From a virus: a stretch of DNA of 64,000 nt. The stretch spans positions 1 through 64,000 of IMG/VR virus record IMGVR_UViG_3300027971_000043. One strand, 5' to 3'. Below, in pieces: positions 9,134 through 18,620 of the stretch (position 1 is its first letter; each line of letters begins with the position of its first letter). Below the pieces are notes generated by a model that saw only the letters and a list, made by a program, of their open reading frames with translations, made no database searches and had not been told where the DNA came from. The translations under genes and the position numbers were made by a program.

Positions 9134-9465
9134 GCTTGGTTGGGGGTGGATGCGTTTCCACTTCTTCGCGAACAAATTCAACAATGCCATCGTGGCTAAC
9201 GTGGAGTTTCGGCCTCTCGGCTTTGAACTCTACCGCGGTAGTCATTCGGTAATGATCTACTTGGAGCTTGTCATCGGCACGCTGATGATCAAGTTGAGCA
9301 AATGAAAGCTGACAAATACTTAGATACTTGTACAGAAGCAGAGTGTGAGTTTGTATACGAGAGATTTTATGGCCAATCGACGCATGAATTGGTTGAAGAT
9401 CTCCTAAGTTACATTGACCACGAACCTATCAAACAATTAGTCGAAAACTATAGAAAGGAAACAAA

Positions 9466-9852
9466 ATGAGTTACCCAATCGAAGTAGTAGCCGAGAAGGG
9501 AACGCTCCAGCGCAGGCTTGGGCTGACTCCTATCGACCGAACCACAACCGCAGACTTCCCGAAAGGGAAGATAACTATTAGAACAAACAGAGTTCCAACC
9601 TTATCAGAGGGCGGAGCTTATGCGTTCTACTACACCGACCCCGAAGGTGATCGGTCAGTGTGTCACGTTGGGCCCGTGTACCGGTACACAAGTCAGGGGA
9701 GAACTGCCAGTGATGAGATGTATTATCACTTCAACTCTGGTTGCTTGAGGAAAACTCAACTCGATGCGTTTGTCACAACCATCAAGGCCATCGAAGCCAA
9801 AGTCGATGCCCTGATGAGAAAGGAATCCAATGGCTACCAAGAAGAAATCTAG
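9466..9852 (+). CDS. Hypothetical protein
   Basis: AAGGA RBS, coupled ORF. Confidence 0.65.
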   Translation: MSYPIEVVAEKGTLQRRLGLTPIDRTTTADFPKGKITIRTNRVPTLSEGGAYAFYYTDPEGDRSVCHVGPVYRYTSQGRTASDEMYYHFNSGCLRKTQLDAFVTTIKAIEAKVDALMRKESNGYQEEI

Positions 9853-10216
9853 TAAGAGGAAGCTGACCAAAGACGAGTTCAAGCGTATTCTCAATACGCA
9901 CCGTCAGGATAAGCTTACCAAAGACCAAGCTGGAAGGCTCAAGATACTCGACTTCATCGACATCTACGCTGACGACGAGCACAAGGAAAACATCATCCTA
10001 CTCGATGGCTTGGACAAAGCTTTCCTCGGGCTTTCCCATCGAGATGGACAACACGGAACACAAGTGGCGGTGTATGGAATCTATTCCTGCATTCACACAC
10101 TTCAACTCGACAACAAGTGGAGTTGGGATGAAGCTGAAGAATACTTCTACTTCAATACCCGCTGGGCTTATGTTGGCGAGTATACCCCGATGTTCATCGA
10201 GGAGATGATGCGATGA
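9830..10216 (+). CDS. Conserved phage hypothetical protein
   Basis: DGLDKAFLG...VAVY...EAEEYFYFN...YVGEYTP resembles a widespread phage family. Confidence 0.75.
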   Translation: MATKKKSSKRKLTKDEFKRILNTHRQDKLTKDQAGRLKILDFIDIYADDEHKENIILLDGLDKAFLGLSHRDGQHGTQVAVYGIYSCIHTLQLDNKWSWDEAEEYFYFNTRWAYVGEYTPMFIEEMMR

Positions 10217-10461
10217 ATGCCACACTCACAGCTCAAGAAATTAAGCTAGGTGATACTGTTTGGTGGCGTGGTAGTTGGGGTAACGAAGGCTGGAGGGAGG
10301 CAAAGGTCAAGGGAATTGACCTTGTGCGTTCTGGCCAGAAGGAAAACGGAATCCCTATACCTTGGGTACCAGTTGAAGCGATCGGAAGCTGTGTGTTCGA
10401 TCTTGACAATGGTCACTGGGGGTATGGGTATCAAATCAAACCAAAGGAGCAAACAATATGA
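10213..10461 (+). CDS. Hypothetical protein (SH3-like)
   Basis: IKLGDTVWWRGSWG...DLDNGHWGYG. Confidence 0.65.
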   Translation: MNATLTAQEIKLGDTVWWRGSWGNEGWREAKVKGIDLVRSGQKENGIPIPWVPVEAIGSCVFDLDNGHWGYGYQIKPKEQTI

Positions 10462-10709
10462 GCGTAGTAAGAGAAAACGGTTGCACAGTAATAACTGGAA
10501 AAGATATTGAAAAGTACAGACTACTGATAGCAATCCAGGGCCTGGAGACTCACGTCCGAACCAATGGGCGGATGCGACTCTCACGATTTGCCACACCCAA
10601 ACGGTGTATGGAAATCGTGAGTGAGTTCACACGTAAGAAATACAAAAGATCAGATGCAAGAAAGGCGGTCGATGAAGGCCGAGCTTGGCTGGCGGAGGCG
10701 ACGGTATGA
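10458..10709 (+). CDS. Hypothetical protein
   Basis: AAGGAG RBS, ATGA overlaps. Confidence 0.65.
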   Translation: MSVVRENGCTVITGKDIEKYRLLIAIQGLETHVRTNGRMRLSRFATPKRCMEIVSEFTRKKYKRSDARKAVDEGRAWLAEATV

Positions 10710-11032
10710 GAATCGAAGTTGAGAAGGATGATGTTAAGTTCGAATACGACGGCAAGAAGTATTCGGTAACTGGCACAGCCATCCACAATACCGAGAAGGA
10801 AGACATCGGTATTGGTTCTTATGAGTTCTGGGGTTCGCGCGGTTATGACAGCCAGATTGTCAACCAAAGCGAGTTCTCAGAATGTGAGTTCGATAGCTTG
10901 GCAATCTATCCAGACGAGGGAATGGAAGAAGTTCCAGAACCTTCTAAAGAACTTGTCGAGGCTGCGCAGGAAGCTCTGTATTCCGCGACCTACGAAATCG
11001 CGGAAGAACGGGCTGTCGAGTTAAGCGACTAG
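10706..11032 (+). CDS. Acidic hypothetical protein
   Basis: GGAGG RBS, ATGA overlap; EDIGIGSYEFWGSRGYD motif. Confidence 0.7.
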   Translation: MRIEVEKDDVKFEYDGKKYSVTGTAIHNTEKEDIGIGSYEFWGSRGYDSQIVNQSEFSECEFDSLAIYPDEGMEEVPEPSKELVEAAQEALYSATYEIAEERAVELSD

Positions 11033-11087
11033 ACACTCTGCCCCGTCGTTCGGACGGCGGGGTAGCAGTCTGGCCGATAGGCTGGAA
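11030..11087 (+). repeat. Structured intergenic element, copy 2
   Basis: TAGACAC + CTGCCCCGTCGT/ACGGCGGGGTAG hairpin + AGTCTGGCCGATAGGCTGGAA. Confidence 0.85.
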
Positions 11088-11103
11088 CCAAACGAAAACC
11101 AAA

Positions 11104-11436
11104 ATGAAAGGACACAATATGGAACTAACAATACCATCAGAAGTGGTAGATGAGTTCGGTCGGGCGACCGAGTGGCTCAAGCTATCCAATGAGAAACGCA
11201 AAGAGTATCGGAGTCTATTCCTAGAATCCGCGAAGCAAGGAATCAAAAGCTGGGTAGGCCAGCACTTCACGGTTCAGATGGATGAGCACGATAAGGCAAG
11301 ACTTGCCAAACCTTTGCTCAAATCTAACCTGCTCAAGTATCTGACGCCAGAGCAAGTGAACCACATCATCGATGCCTCAACAGTATCGAGCGAAGAGTGG
11401 CACTTTACGGCGCGAAGGATTCCGACAGGTGAGTGA
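11104..11436 (+). CDS. Hypothetical protein
   Basis: 110-aa ORF after the repeat element. Confidence 0.65.
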   Translation: MKGHNMELTIPSEVVDEFGRATEWLKLSNEKRKEYRSLFLESAKQGIKSWVGQHFTVQMDEHDKARLAKPLLKSNLLKYLTPEQVNHIIDASTVSSEEWHFTARRIPTGE

Positions 11437-11618
11437 GGCTGTAAAGATTGCAAACGAGATAACAAAGTGGGATGGCTACGCTTTGTTTGACAAAGACAAT
11501 GTATTACTCAACGACCAGTTATTCACACACTACGAACGGGCGCAGAAAATTGCTTCCTGTTACGAGAATGGTGAAGCCATCATCTGGAAAGTTGAACTGA
11601 ACAGAAAGGAAAAAGTCA

Positions 11619-13961
11619 ATGATAATCACATCTAGTAGAAACACGCCAGTATCGAGCGGGGTTACCGACACGATCGACTACAAGATCGATGTGTCCAACC
11701 TCGGCCACATTGCTAGTATCCTACGCAAAGCTTACTCTGACCCGATCAGAGCGGTTGTGCGTGAGTACGGCACCAATGCCTGCGAGGGTCACATCCTCAA
11801 TGGTAAAACCAACAAGCCCATCCAAGTCTCGCTTCCGACTGGTATGAAGCCAGTCTTTACGATTCGTGACTTCGGCCCTGGACTTGGCAAAGAGAAGTTC
11901 CAAGAGCTGTTCTGCTCGTATGGCGGTAGCGACAAGCGGGCAAGCAACGCCTTCACGGGCTGTCTTGGTATCGGTTGCAAATCGTATGGTGCCTACACGG
12001 ATGCCATCACGGTAACCGATTACAACGGAGTTACTCCCCACAAAGACGGAGTCAAGCGTATCTGGAATTGTCACATCGACGAGAGTGAGGTGGGCAAGGC
12101 ATCGCTGTTAAGCGAGACCAAGACCAACGAACCCTCTGGTGTTGAGATCTCGATTCCAGTTCGGCCACAAGACATTAGTAGATTCCGCGAAACTGCGCTG
12201 CAAGTCTATCGTGTCTTTGATGTCCGTCCCGACATCGTTAACCTATCGCCAGAAGAGAAGAAAGCATATGCCACTCAGACATACAAGGATGGCATTATCA
12301 AAGGAACCAACTGGTCTTTCAATGGTGAAGGTCAAAGCTGGCTCCAGATGGGTCTTGTGCTTTACCCGCTCAAGTCCGACTTCTCTGGTTCACCTGTACT
12401 CAAGCAGTTGATTGATGCTGGAGTCTACGTGAGGGTCGATCTTGGCGATGTCCAAGTCGCTCCGTCTCGTGAGGACTTGCAGTATTCACAGAAGACAATC
12501 CAAGGCTTGGTCAAGCATCTCAATCCAGTCATTGACTCGATGGGGTCGACCTTGCTTGCGGATATTCAAGCGGCTCCAGACTTCTTCCAAGCTCACATGA
12601 TCTTGCGTAGATTCACTGGCACTGGCGGATATAGTTCCTCCAGTTTTCGTGAAGGCATTGTCAAGAAGCTGAAAGGCAAGCTGAAGTGGAAGGGAATCGC
12701 TATGTATGATGACAATCGAATTCCTCTATGTGTCTCGCCTCTCAAGAAAGACCAGACTGAAATCGAGTTGCTTAGATCTCACGGCATCACCGCTATGAGC
12801 ATAGGCAAGCGTAGTTGGGGCAAGGCTAGGTTCAATGTCGATCGCTCCGTTGACGAGCTGATTGTCCACAAGGACACACTCGTCATGATCAACGATACTG
12901 GCACTGGCTCTGGTGAAGCTCGCGTTCGTCACTGGTTGATGAACGGTGGTCCGTCTGGCGCGACCGTGACTATCATCAACTTCAAAAACGGTGGCAGGGA
13001 GTTCCTTAACAAGACTCTCCCTTGGTTCGCGACGACGACATTCCAACAAGTGTCGTCCCTGCCAATGCCCCCACCGAAACAGAAAGGTGTGGACGCAAAC
13101 GGAGTTGAGGTTGAATACGACAAGAATGTCAAGCACACCAAGGGGAATGTGTTTGGCTTGCCTGCTAAGTATCAACGCCAAGACAAGCGTAGTGACTACT
13201 GGGGAATCTCAGCAGCACCTACGACTGGCAAGAAAGTCTATGTCACACTCGACCAATTCAAGTGGTCAATGCCTGGTAAAGACTACGAGATGGAGGAGTA
13301 TTATCCTCTGTATCGGGCAAAAGAATACTTGAAAGCAATCGGGTATTGCGATCAAATCTATGGCGTGAAGGAAGCTGATGTCGACAAGAAGGTTGATGCA
13401 ACTTGGACTAAATTACAGGATGCAATCGAGGAAGGGACACGAGCTTTTCTCAAAGCTCATCCCGATAAGGCTCAGAAGATTGCTGATCGTTATGCTGTCT
13501 TGGGTTTCTTCAACTCTCGATCGGTATACAACAGCGATCGTTTTAGGAAAGAAGGATGCTTCTTTGAGCGATGCTCGCTTGGTCGTTGGGTAAATTCCAA
13601 GATTGGTCCACTCAAAGACGTCAAATCCGACAGCCCATTCCGAATCTTTATGGAAAAGGTTCTAGAGATGTCTGGAGGATGCGCAGAAGAAGGAGACAAA
13701 GACTTGCCAGTCTGGCTTGAAGAGCCAAGGAATACTTGGGCTCTTGGCCGATCGAACAACGATGATAAGAAGGGTGTGTATCAACAACTCAAAGCGTTGT
13801 TGCCCAAACCTTCTTATGATCTGAAAGTCGAGGGAACCAAAATAGCTTCGAGGTATCCATTACTTTGCCACAGTAACTGGCAATCAGATGTAATGGAATA
13901 TCCAACCGAACACACTGTCGAGTATGTGCATCTTGTAGATGCAGCTCGCAAAACAAAATAA
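11619..13961 (+). CDS. rIIA: rIIA-like protein with N-terminal GHKL ATPase
   Basis: YSDPIRAVVREYGTNA, IRDFGPGL, GCLGIGCKS; immediately followed by rIIB. Confidence 0.9.
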   Translation: MIITSSRNTPVSSGVTDTIDYKIDVSNLGHIASILRKAYSDPIRAVVREYGTNACEGHILNGKTNKPIQVSLPTGMKPVFTIRDFGPGLGKEKFQELFCSYGGSDKRASNAFTGCLGIGCKSYGAYTDAITVTDYNGVTPHKDGVKRIWNCHIDESEVGKASLLSETKTNEPSGVEISIPVRPQDISRFRETALQVYRVFDVRPDIVNLSPEEKKAYATQTYKDGIIKGTNWSFNGEGQSWLQMGLVLYPLKSDFSGSPVLKQLIDAGVYVRVDLGDVQVAPSREDLQYSQKTIQGLVKHLNPVIDSMGSTLLADIQAAPDFFQAHMILRRFTGTGGYSSSSFREGIVKKLKGKLKWKGIAMYDDNRIPLCVSPLKKDQTEIELLRSHGITAMSIGKRSWGKARFNVDRSVDELIVHKDTLVMINDTGTGSGEARVRHWLMNGGPSGATVTIINFKNGGREFLNKTLPWFATTTFQQVSSLPMPPPKQKGVDANGVEVEYDKNVKHTKGNVFGLPAKYQRQDKRSDYWGISAAPTTGKKVYVTLDQFKWSMPGKDYEMEEYYPLYRAKEYLKAIGYCDQIYGVKEADVDKKVDATWTKLQDAIEEGTRAFLKAHPDKAQKIADRYAVLGFFNSRSVYNSDRFRKEGCFFERCSLGRWVNSKIGPLKDVKSDSPFRIFMEKVLEMSGGCAEEGDKDLPVWLEEPRNTWALGRSNNDDKKGVYQQLKALLPKPSYDLKVEGTKIASRYPLLCHSNWQSDVMEYPTEHTVEYVHLVDAARKTK

Positions 13962-13982
13962 AAACGAAAGGACACAGTAAGT

Positions 13983-14834
13983 ATGAACTACATCATAACT
14001 GACGAAACAATAACAGCGGTCATCAACGGAAAGTCTCACACTATCCGCCGTGACCACGCAAATGCAAAGATGGTAATCAACGCGATCGCAGAGGGTCGTG
14101 CGGAGGGTGACATCGAGCAATTGATGGACATCACCAACGCGCTCAATGCGTATCTCGGCAACTCCGTCGAGGTAAAAGACGGTTCGGTGTATCACCGCGG
14201 TGAGATCGTTGACGAGCGTATCGCCAAACGAATCCTCAACTTTATGCAGGAGAATCTACCTGTTGAACCGATGACTCGGTTCTTGGAGAATCTCTACAAC
14301 AACCCGAGCCACAATAGTCGCGCTCAACTGTATCAATTCTTGGAGCACAAGAACATGCCGATCACTGAGGACGGCTGTTTCTTGGCCTACAAGTCGGTTG
14401 ATCAGAACTACAGGGACCACCACACTGGCAAGTTCTCGAACAGAGTTGGCCAGGTGTTGAGTATCGCTCGTCGCAATGTGGACGACAATCCCGATAACGG
14501 ATGTTCCTACGGATTCCACGCTGGCTCGCTCGAGTACGCTGGTAACTTCGGTGGCTCTGATCGTCGGGTCGTGATCGTCAAGATCAACCCCGAGGATGTG
14601 GTGTCAGTCCCCAATGACTGTGAGTTCCAGAAGCTTCGCACTTCCAAGTACGAAGTTGTCGCGGACTACACGGGACCACTACCCAAGACGTACGCAGAAA
14701 CGTACGACTCCACGGAAGATGACATCTACGAAGAGGACGATGTCGAGACCGATGAAACTGACGGCGACGACAGCCTCGTTACGGCCATCCGTGCCGCGGC
14801 TCGTCAGTTGCTTGACGCAGTAGAGAATCGCTAA
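13983..14834 (+). CDS. rIIB: rIIB-like protein
   Basis: FLENLYNNPS, PITEDGCFLAYK, CSYGFH, VKINPEDVVSVP, KLRTSKYEV. Confidence 0.92.
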   Translation: MNYIITDETITAVINGKSHTIRRDHANAKMVINAIAEGRAEGDIEQLMDITNALNAYLGNSVEVKDGSVYHRGEIVDERIAKRILNFMQENLPVEPMTRFLENLYNNPSHNSRAQLYQFLEHKNMPITEDGCFLAYKSVDQNYRDHHTGKFSNRVGQVLSIARRNVDDNPDNGCSYGFHAGSLEYAGNFGGSDRRVVIVKINPEDVVSVPNDCEFQKLRTSKYEVVADYTGPLPKTYAETYDSTEDDIYEEDDVETDETDGDDSLVTAIRAAARQLLDAVENR

Positions 14835-14840
14835 CCATTC

Positions 14841-14869
14841 GGGGCGGGTGGGCAAATCCCATCCGCCCC
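14841..14869 (+). other. GC-rich hairpin after rIIB without a U tract
   Basis: GGGGCGGGTGGG-CAAAT-CCCATCCGCCCC. Confidence 0.65.
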
Positions 14870-14884
14870 ACTTGAAAGGATATT

Positions 14885-15124
14885 ATGATCTACACGAAAA
14901 AAGAATTGAGAGACAGGGTTGCTGCTATGGACTCGAAGGAAATCTGCTACGCCTTGATTTGGACGCAAGATGAATTCGATGGTTATTTCAATGACCAACA
15001 GATCAGCAAAAGCGATTGGGAATCTGCGCTTAGTAGCATTGATTCCGAAAGCGAAGAACAATCTGTCAAAGAAAGTATTGAGATGGAAATCCAAAACCTA
15101 ATTGATGAAAAGGAGACTGCATGA
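14885..15124 (+). CDS. Acidic hypothetical protein
   Basis: AAGGA RBS. Confidence 0.6.
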   Translation: MIYTKKELRDRVAAMDSKEICYALIWTQDEFDGYFNDQQISKSDWESALSSIDSESEEQSVKESIEMEIQNLIDEKETA

Positions 15125-15272
15125 AAATTAAATATATGACAAAAGAAAACTTGATTAAAAAACTTGAAGACCTCAAGACGTCTTATCCCAAAACGGATGA
15201 GCGTCCTGCGAAAGGCGACGAATCCGCTAGCCTGTACGCCAGACACATTGTGGAAGAACTTGCGAGACGGTC

Positions 15273-15554
15273 ATGATGGAAGCTGTATATACAGGTAAGC
15301 AAGCTAAAGACATTGCGGGAACCAAGTTCCCCTATGGATTGGGCTGGCATAAAGATGACGCGGCCATCATCGAAACATTGAAGCTTCGAGGCGGAGACGC
15401 TTCGACTCTTCTTGCCGAATGGTGTGAGGCAACTGGATTGGACAGCAACAGCAATCTGGTCCGCAAGGAACGGTTCGAAGGTAAGAAACCTTGGAATCAA
15501 AAAGAACAGAACAAGAAGATTTACACCCGTGAAATCAAACTTGCTCAAATTTAA
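15273..15554 (+). CDS. Hypothetical protein
   Basis: Coupled ORF in the early operon. Confidence 0.55.
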   Translation: MMEAVYTGKQAKDIAGTKFPYGLGWHKDDAAIIETLKLRGGDASTLLAEWCEATGLDSNSNLVRKERFEGKKPWNQKEQNKKIYTREIKLAQI

Positions 15555-16371
15555 TCGCGGTAACGCGAAGCTTGGACGAGACATATGGACGTTCAGTCTA
15601 CCCGCAGGATTCTCCTGCCCAGGTGCGCTGGAGTGTTTGTCGAAAGCCAATCGAGAGACGGGCAAGATCACGGACGGTGCCGACACCAAGTTCCGTTGCT
15701 TTGCCGCATCTGACGAGGCTCAGTACAAAAACACACGGTTGCAGAGGTGGCACAACTTCGAGTTGCTGAAAGGCAAGTCGACCGCAGAGATGTCCGCGTT
15801 GATTCAAGAAAGTCTACCAAGACAGGCTGGAATCATTCGAGTTCATGTCTCGGGAGACTTCTTCAATCAGTTCTACTTTGATGCGTGGATGCATGTGGCC
15901 AGATGCCAACCACTCCGCACCTTCTACGCCTACACCAAAAGCTTACCCTTCTGGCTTAGGCGTGTCGGAGACATCCCAAAGAACTTCGCCCTCAACGCAA
16001 GTCGAGGCGGAGCACACGATGAACTGATTGCCAAGCACGACCTTAAGTATGCAGAGGTTGTGTTCAGCACCAAGGAGGCAGAGGACAAGAAGTTAGAGAT
16101 TGACCACGATGACAGCCACGCTTACAAGTCTGGCAAGCCGTTTGCGTTGCTCATCCACGGGACACAGCCCGCGGGTAGTTTTGCGGCTAAGGCATTGTCT
16201 GCCCTTCGCAAGATTGGGTGGACTGGATATAGCAGAAAGACAGTGGCTGCCGTTGTCCTTTGTCTTGCAATGATGGATTGCGTTCCAGATAAGTACTGGC
16301 CAGTATGGGCCAGACCTGGAAACGAAAACATATTATCGAAGATCAAGATCTTCGGAGAGGAGATGGTATGA
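15529..16371 (+). CDS. Phage GP88-family protein
   Basis: GNAKL, FSLPAGFSCPGALEC, RVHVSGDF, FYAYTKS; probable start GTG 15529. Confidence 0.8.
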   Translation: MKSNLLKFNRGNAKLGRDIWTFSLPAGFSCPGALECLSKANRETGKITDGADTKFRCFAASDEAQYKNTRLQRWHNFELLKGKSTAEMSALIQESLPRQAGIIRVHVSGDFFNQFYFDAWMHVARCQPLRTFYAYTKSLPFWLRRVGDIPKNFALNASRGGAHDELIAKHDLKYAEVVFSTKEAEDKKLEIDHDDSHAYKSGKPFALLIHGTQPAGSFAAKALSALRKIGWTGYSRKTVAAVVLCLAMMDCVPDKYWPVWARPGNENILSKIKIFGEEMV

Positions 16372-16586
16372 GTCTAATAAATAGAGCATCAGTTAAGCGG
16401 TCGGCTCTGGACATGGCGAGCGCCAAGTTCAAGGAGCGTAATAAGACGAGGATGGAAATGGGGCTTGCCCCTACGAAGTCTGCCCCGTCGAGAGTTAGTA
16501 GTGAATTCATTGACACCTTCGAAGCCAAGGTCATTGGCTTGCTGAGTGTTATGGTTCATGAGCACAAGTCAGGAGCAACACTATGA
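16368..16586 (+). CDS. Hypothetical protein
   Basis: GAGGAG RBS, ATGA overlap; SLINR...RVS.EF motif. Confidence 0.6.
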   Translation: MSLINRASVKRSALDMASAKFKERNKTRMEMGLAPTKSAPSRVSSEFIDTFEAKVIGLLSVMVHEHKSGATL

Positions 16587-16743
16587 GTAAAACAAAAAAA
16601 ATAACACCAAGGATGGTTGAGGATTGGTTAATAGAAATGGATGATGTCTATTACATTTTAGCCGATATAGCCAATGGCAAAATCAAACCATCAGAGTTAA
16701 AGTCAGACATTTCAATCTATATAGATAACGAAAGGAGCTCACG

Positions 16744-16968
16744 ATGAACTGTTATTGTATTACAAAACCGACGGAACAAAAGTTCTTGTCGATCGATGAA
16801 ACGTGGGTGGACTTTGAGACGGGTATCCGTAACGACTCCATCCGAGGCTACACCAACGAAGAGATGGAAGCCTTGAACAACGATGCAACGAAGCATGGAG
16901 GCGAGGTGCGACAGCATCCGTCTCCCGACGGAGTCACACTTCCCTTGTTTTATGACTGGGGTACGTGA
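16744..16968 (+). CDS. Hypothetical protein
   Basis: AAGGAG RBS. Confidence 0.55.
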   Translation: MNCYCITKPTEQKFLSIDETWVDFETGIRNDSIRGYTNEEMEALNNDATKHGGEVRQHPSPDGVTLPLFYDWGT

Positions 16969-17590
16969 AGTATTTGAGGGACTGAAGTCCCGAGAGGTCA
17001 GCCGTTACGTCAACTACTGGGACAAGATTAAGCCCAAGTCCCGAGATGATGAGTGGCGCTTCTGGGTCTTCTCGATTCTCGCGGCCAACTTCGGTTGGAA
17101 GCAGAACGTGAAAGCCTTTAACGCAATCAAGAATCGCGACTCGTGGAAGTCCGACCTTGGCAAGCTACAGTTCGAACTGTACCAAACCAAGACTGGACTG
17201 TGGCGGACCAAGGCCGTGAGCATCTGGAAGTTTGATCAGATGTTCGCTGCCAAGCCGCACATCTTTGAGCGATATACCAACGAGCCGTTGATGCAGTACC
17301 GTGATCGGATTGCGGACAACGTGCCAGGATTGGCGATTGCTAAGTCAAGCTTCTATGTGGAGATGAAACATCACGAAGAGTCAAACGTTGTTTGCCTCGA
17401 TCGCAGGGTGTTGAAGTCTATCCACAAGAGAGACAGAAACGTGAACAGGACTGACTACCTCGCGCTTGAGAACGAGTGGCAGACCTGCTCAAAGGAATAC
17501 GGTATCCCTGCGGCTTCTGCCAGATTCATCTGGTGGGACAAGTTGCAGGGGTATAAAAATAGTCGGTACTGGAGTGAGGTATTAGAATGA
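16952..17590 (+). CDS. HhH-GPD DNA glycosylase-like protein (Ogg2/N-glycosylase type)
   Basis: RDRIADNVPGLAIAKSSF (HhH), VVCLDRRVL, YLALENEW...FIWW. Confidence 0.7.
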   Translation: MTGVREVFEGLKSREVSRYVNYWDKIKPKSRDDEWRFWVFSILAANFGWKQNVKAFNAIKNRDSWKSDLGKLQFELYQTKTGLWRTKAVSIWKFDQMFAAKPHIFERYTNEPLMQYRDRIADNVPGLAIAKSSFYVEMKHHEESNVVCLDRRVLKSIHKRDRNVNRTDYLALENEWQTCSKEYGIPAASARFIWWDKLQGYKNSRYWSEVLE

Positions 17591-17790
17591 AAAAAGTAAA
17601 TGGTGAGATTCTTTGGGGTGCTGGCGACAGCATCCACAAGATCTCGTTTATCGCAGACGTGGACACAGCCAAGGAAAAGGTCGACAACCTTAAACTTGAA
17701 CTGGACCCGCAGTTCCTTGATGACGTTCTTCAGAACGTGTACAAGGCGGGTGCAGACGAAGCCCTCCGATTGGCCGCTGTCCAAGGATGA
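17587..17790 (+). CDS. Hypothetical protein
   Basis: ATGA overlap, GAGG RBS. Confidence 0.55.
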   Translation: MKKVNGEILWGAGDSIHKISFIADVDTAKEKVDNLKLELDPQFLDDVLQNVYKAGADEALRLAAVQG

Positions 17791-18232
17791 CAAAGAAACC
17801 ACGTAAAGGATTATGTATGCTGGGAATGGTACTACTCTGTTTCCAGCTCGTAGGCTTTATGGTTGTGACCTGGTCGGTCTACTTAATGTACGTTGGTGCA
17901 TACCATAGAACTTGCGAAATGATAGAGAAGAAACTACTTGGGCGCTAAATTAAAAATGCTCGCCTAACCACGTTTCAAAGTCATCCAATTTATTCCCGAG
18001 TTCCTCGGGGGTTATGATACCAAGAGAACAAGCCCGCGCAAATTGCAGAATATCGGTGACTTGTTCTGGAAGTATCGCAAACTCCGGGGACTCGGGAATA
18101 TTTTTTAACACAGTTTCATCCTTCTTCCGATAAGTATACACAAAGTTTTAATAATTGAAAGCGTAACAAGGCACGTAAGCCAAATAATATCACGCTTTGT
18201 GTTCCTCATTTCCCCATTTTGTCCCAGCCATA

Positions 18233-18260
18233 TTGACTTGGCAACCCCATTAGTCAGCAT
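18233..18260 (+). promoter_or_regulatory. sigma70-type promoter, leaderless
   Basis: TTGACT-16-CAGCAT, 6 nt before GTG at 18267. Confidence 0.55.
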
Positions 18261-18266
18261 TGAATT

Positions 18267-18521
18267 GTGCCTAAGAAGCTCGCAGAAGCAAAGTTCGGCG
18301 AACTATCCGAACAGTTCCTCCGTGTATTACTCGCCGCAGCTGCGGTCGATGGTAAATCGGAAGAGTTGGTTATTACCCGCAAGGCTTTCCATGATCTGCA
18401 CGAGAAGTTAAAGGAAGGTTATAATCCAGAGATTGATGTTTGGTATGAGGACAATGAGCTTCACGTAGCCTTAGCCTGGAGCGAAGTTCCTATTGTTGGG
18501 TTCAGAAAAATCCGTGGCTAA
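18267..18521 (+). CDS. Hypothetical protein
   Basis: 84-aa ORF directly after the promoter. Confidence 0.6.
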   Translation: MPKKLAEAKFGELSEQFLRVLLAAAAVDGKSEELVITRKAFHDLHEKLKEGYNPEIDVWYEDNELHVALAWSEVPIVGFRKIRG

Positions 18522-18620
18522 AAATAAAAAGAAAAAGCTTAAGAGCTTAATCGATCACTCGCATCGACCACGCCAAGGCTTGCTCGATAAGGTTGCCAAG
18601 CTGGCGTTGTACCACAAGAA

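Noticed and set aside
8318-11087. CRISPR mini-array or hammerhead ribozyme
   Set aside because: Only two copies 2.7 kb apart with genes between them; no CUGAnGA/GAAA core
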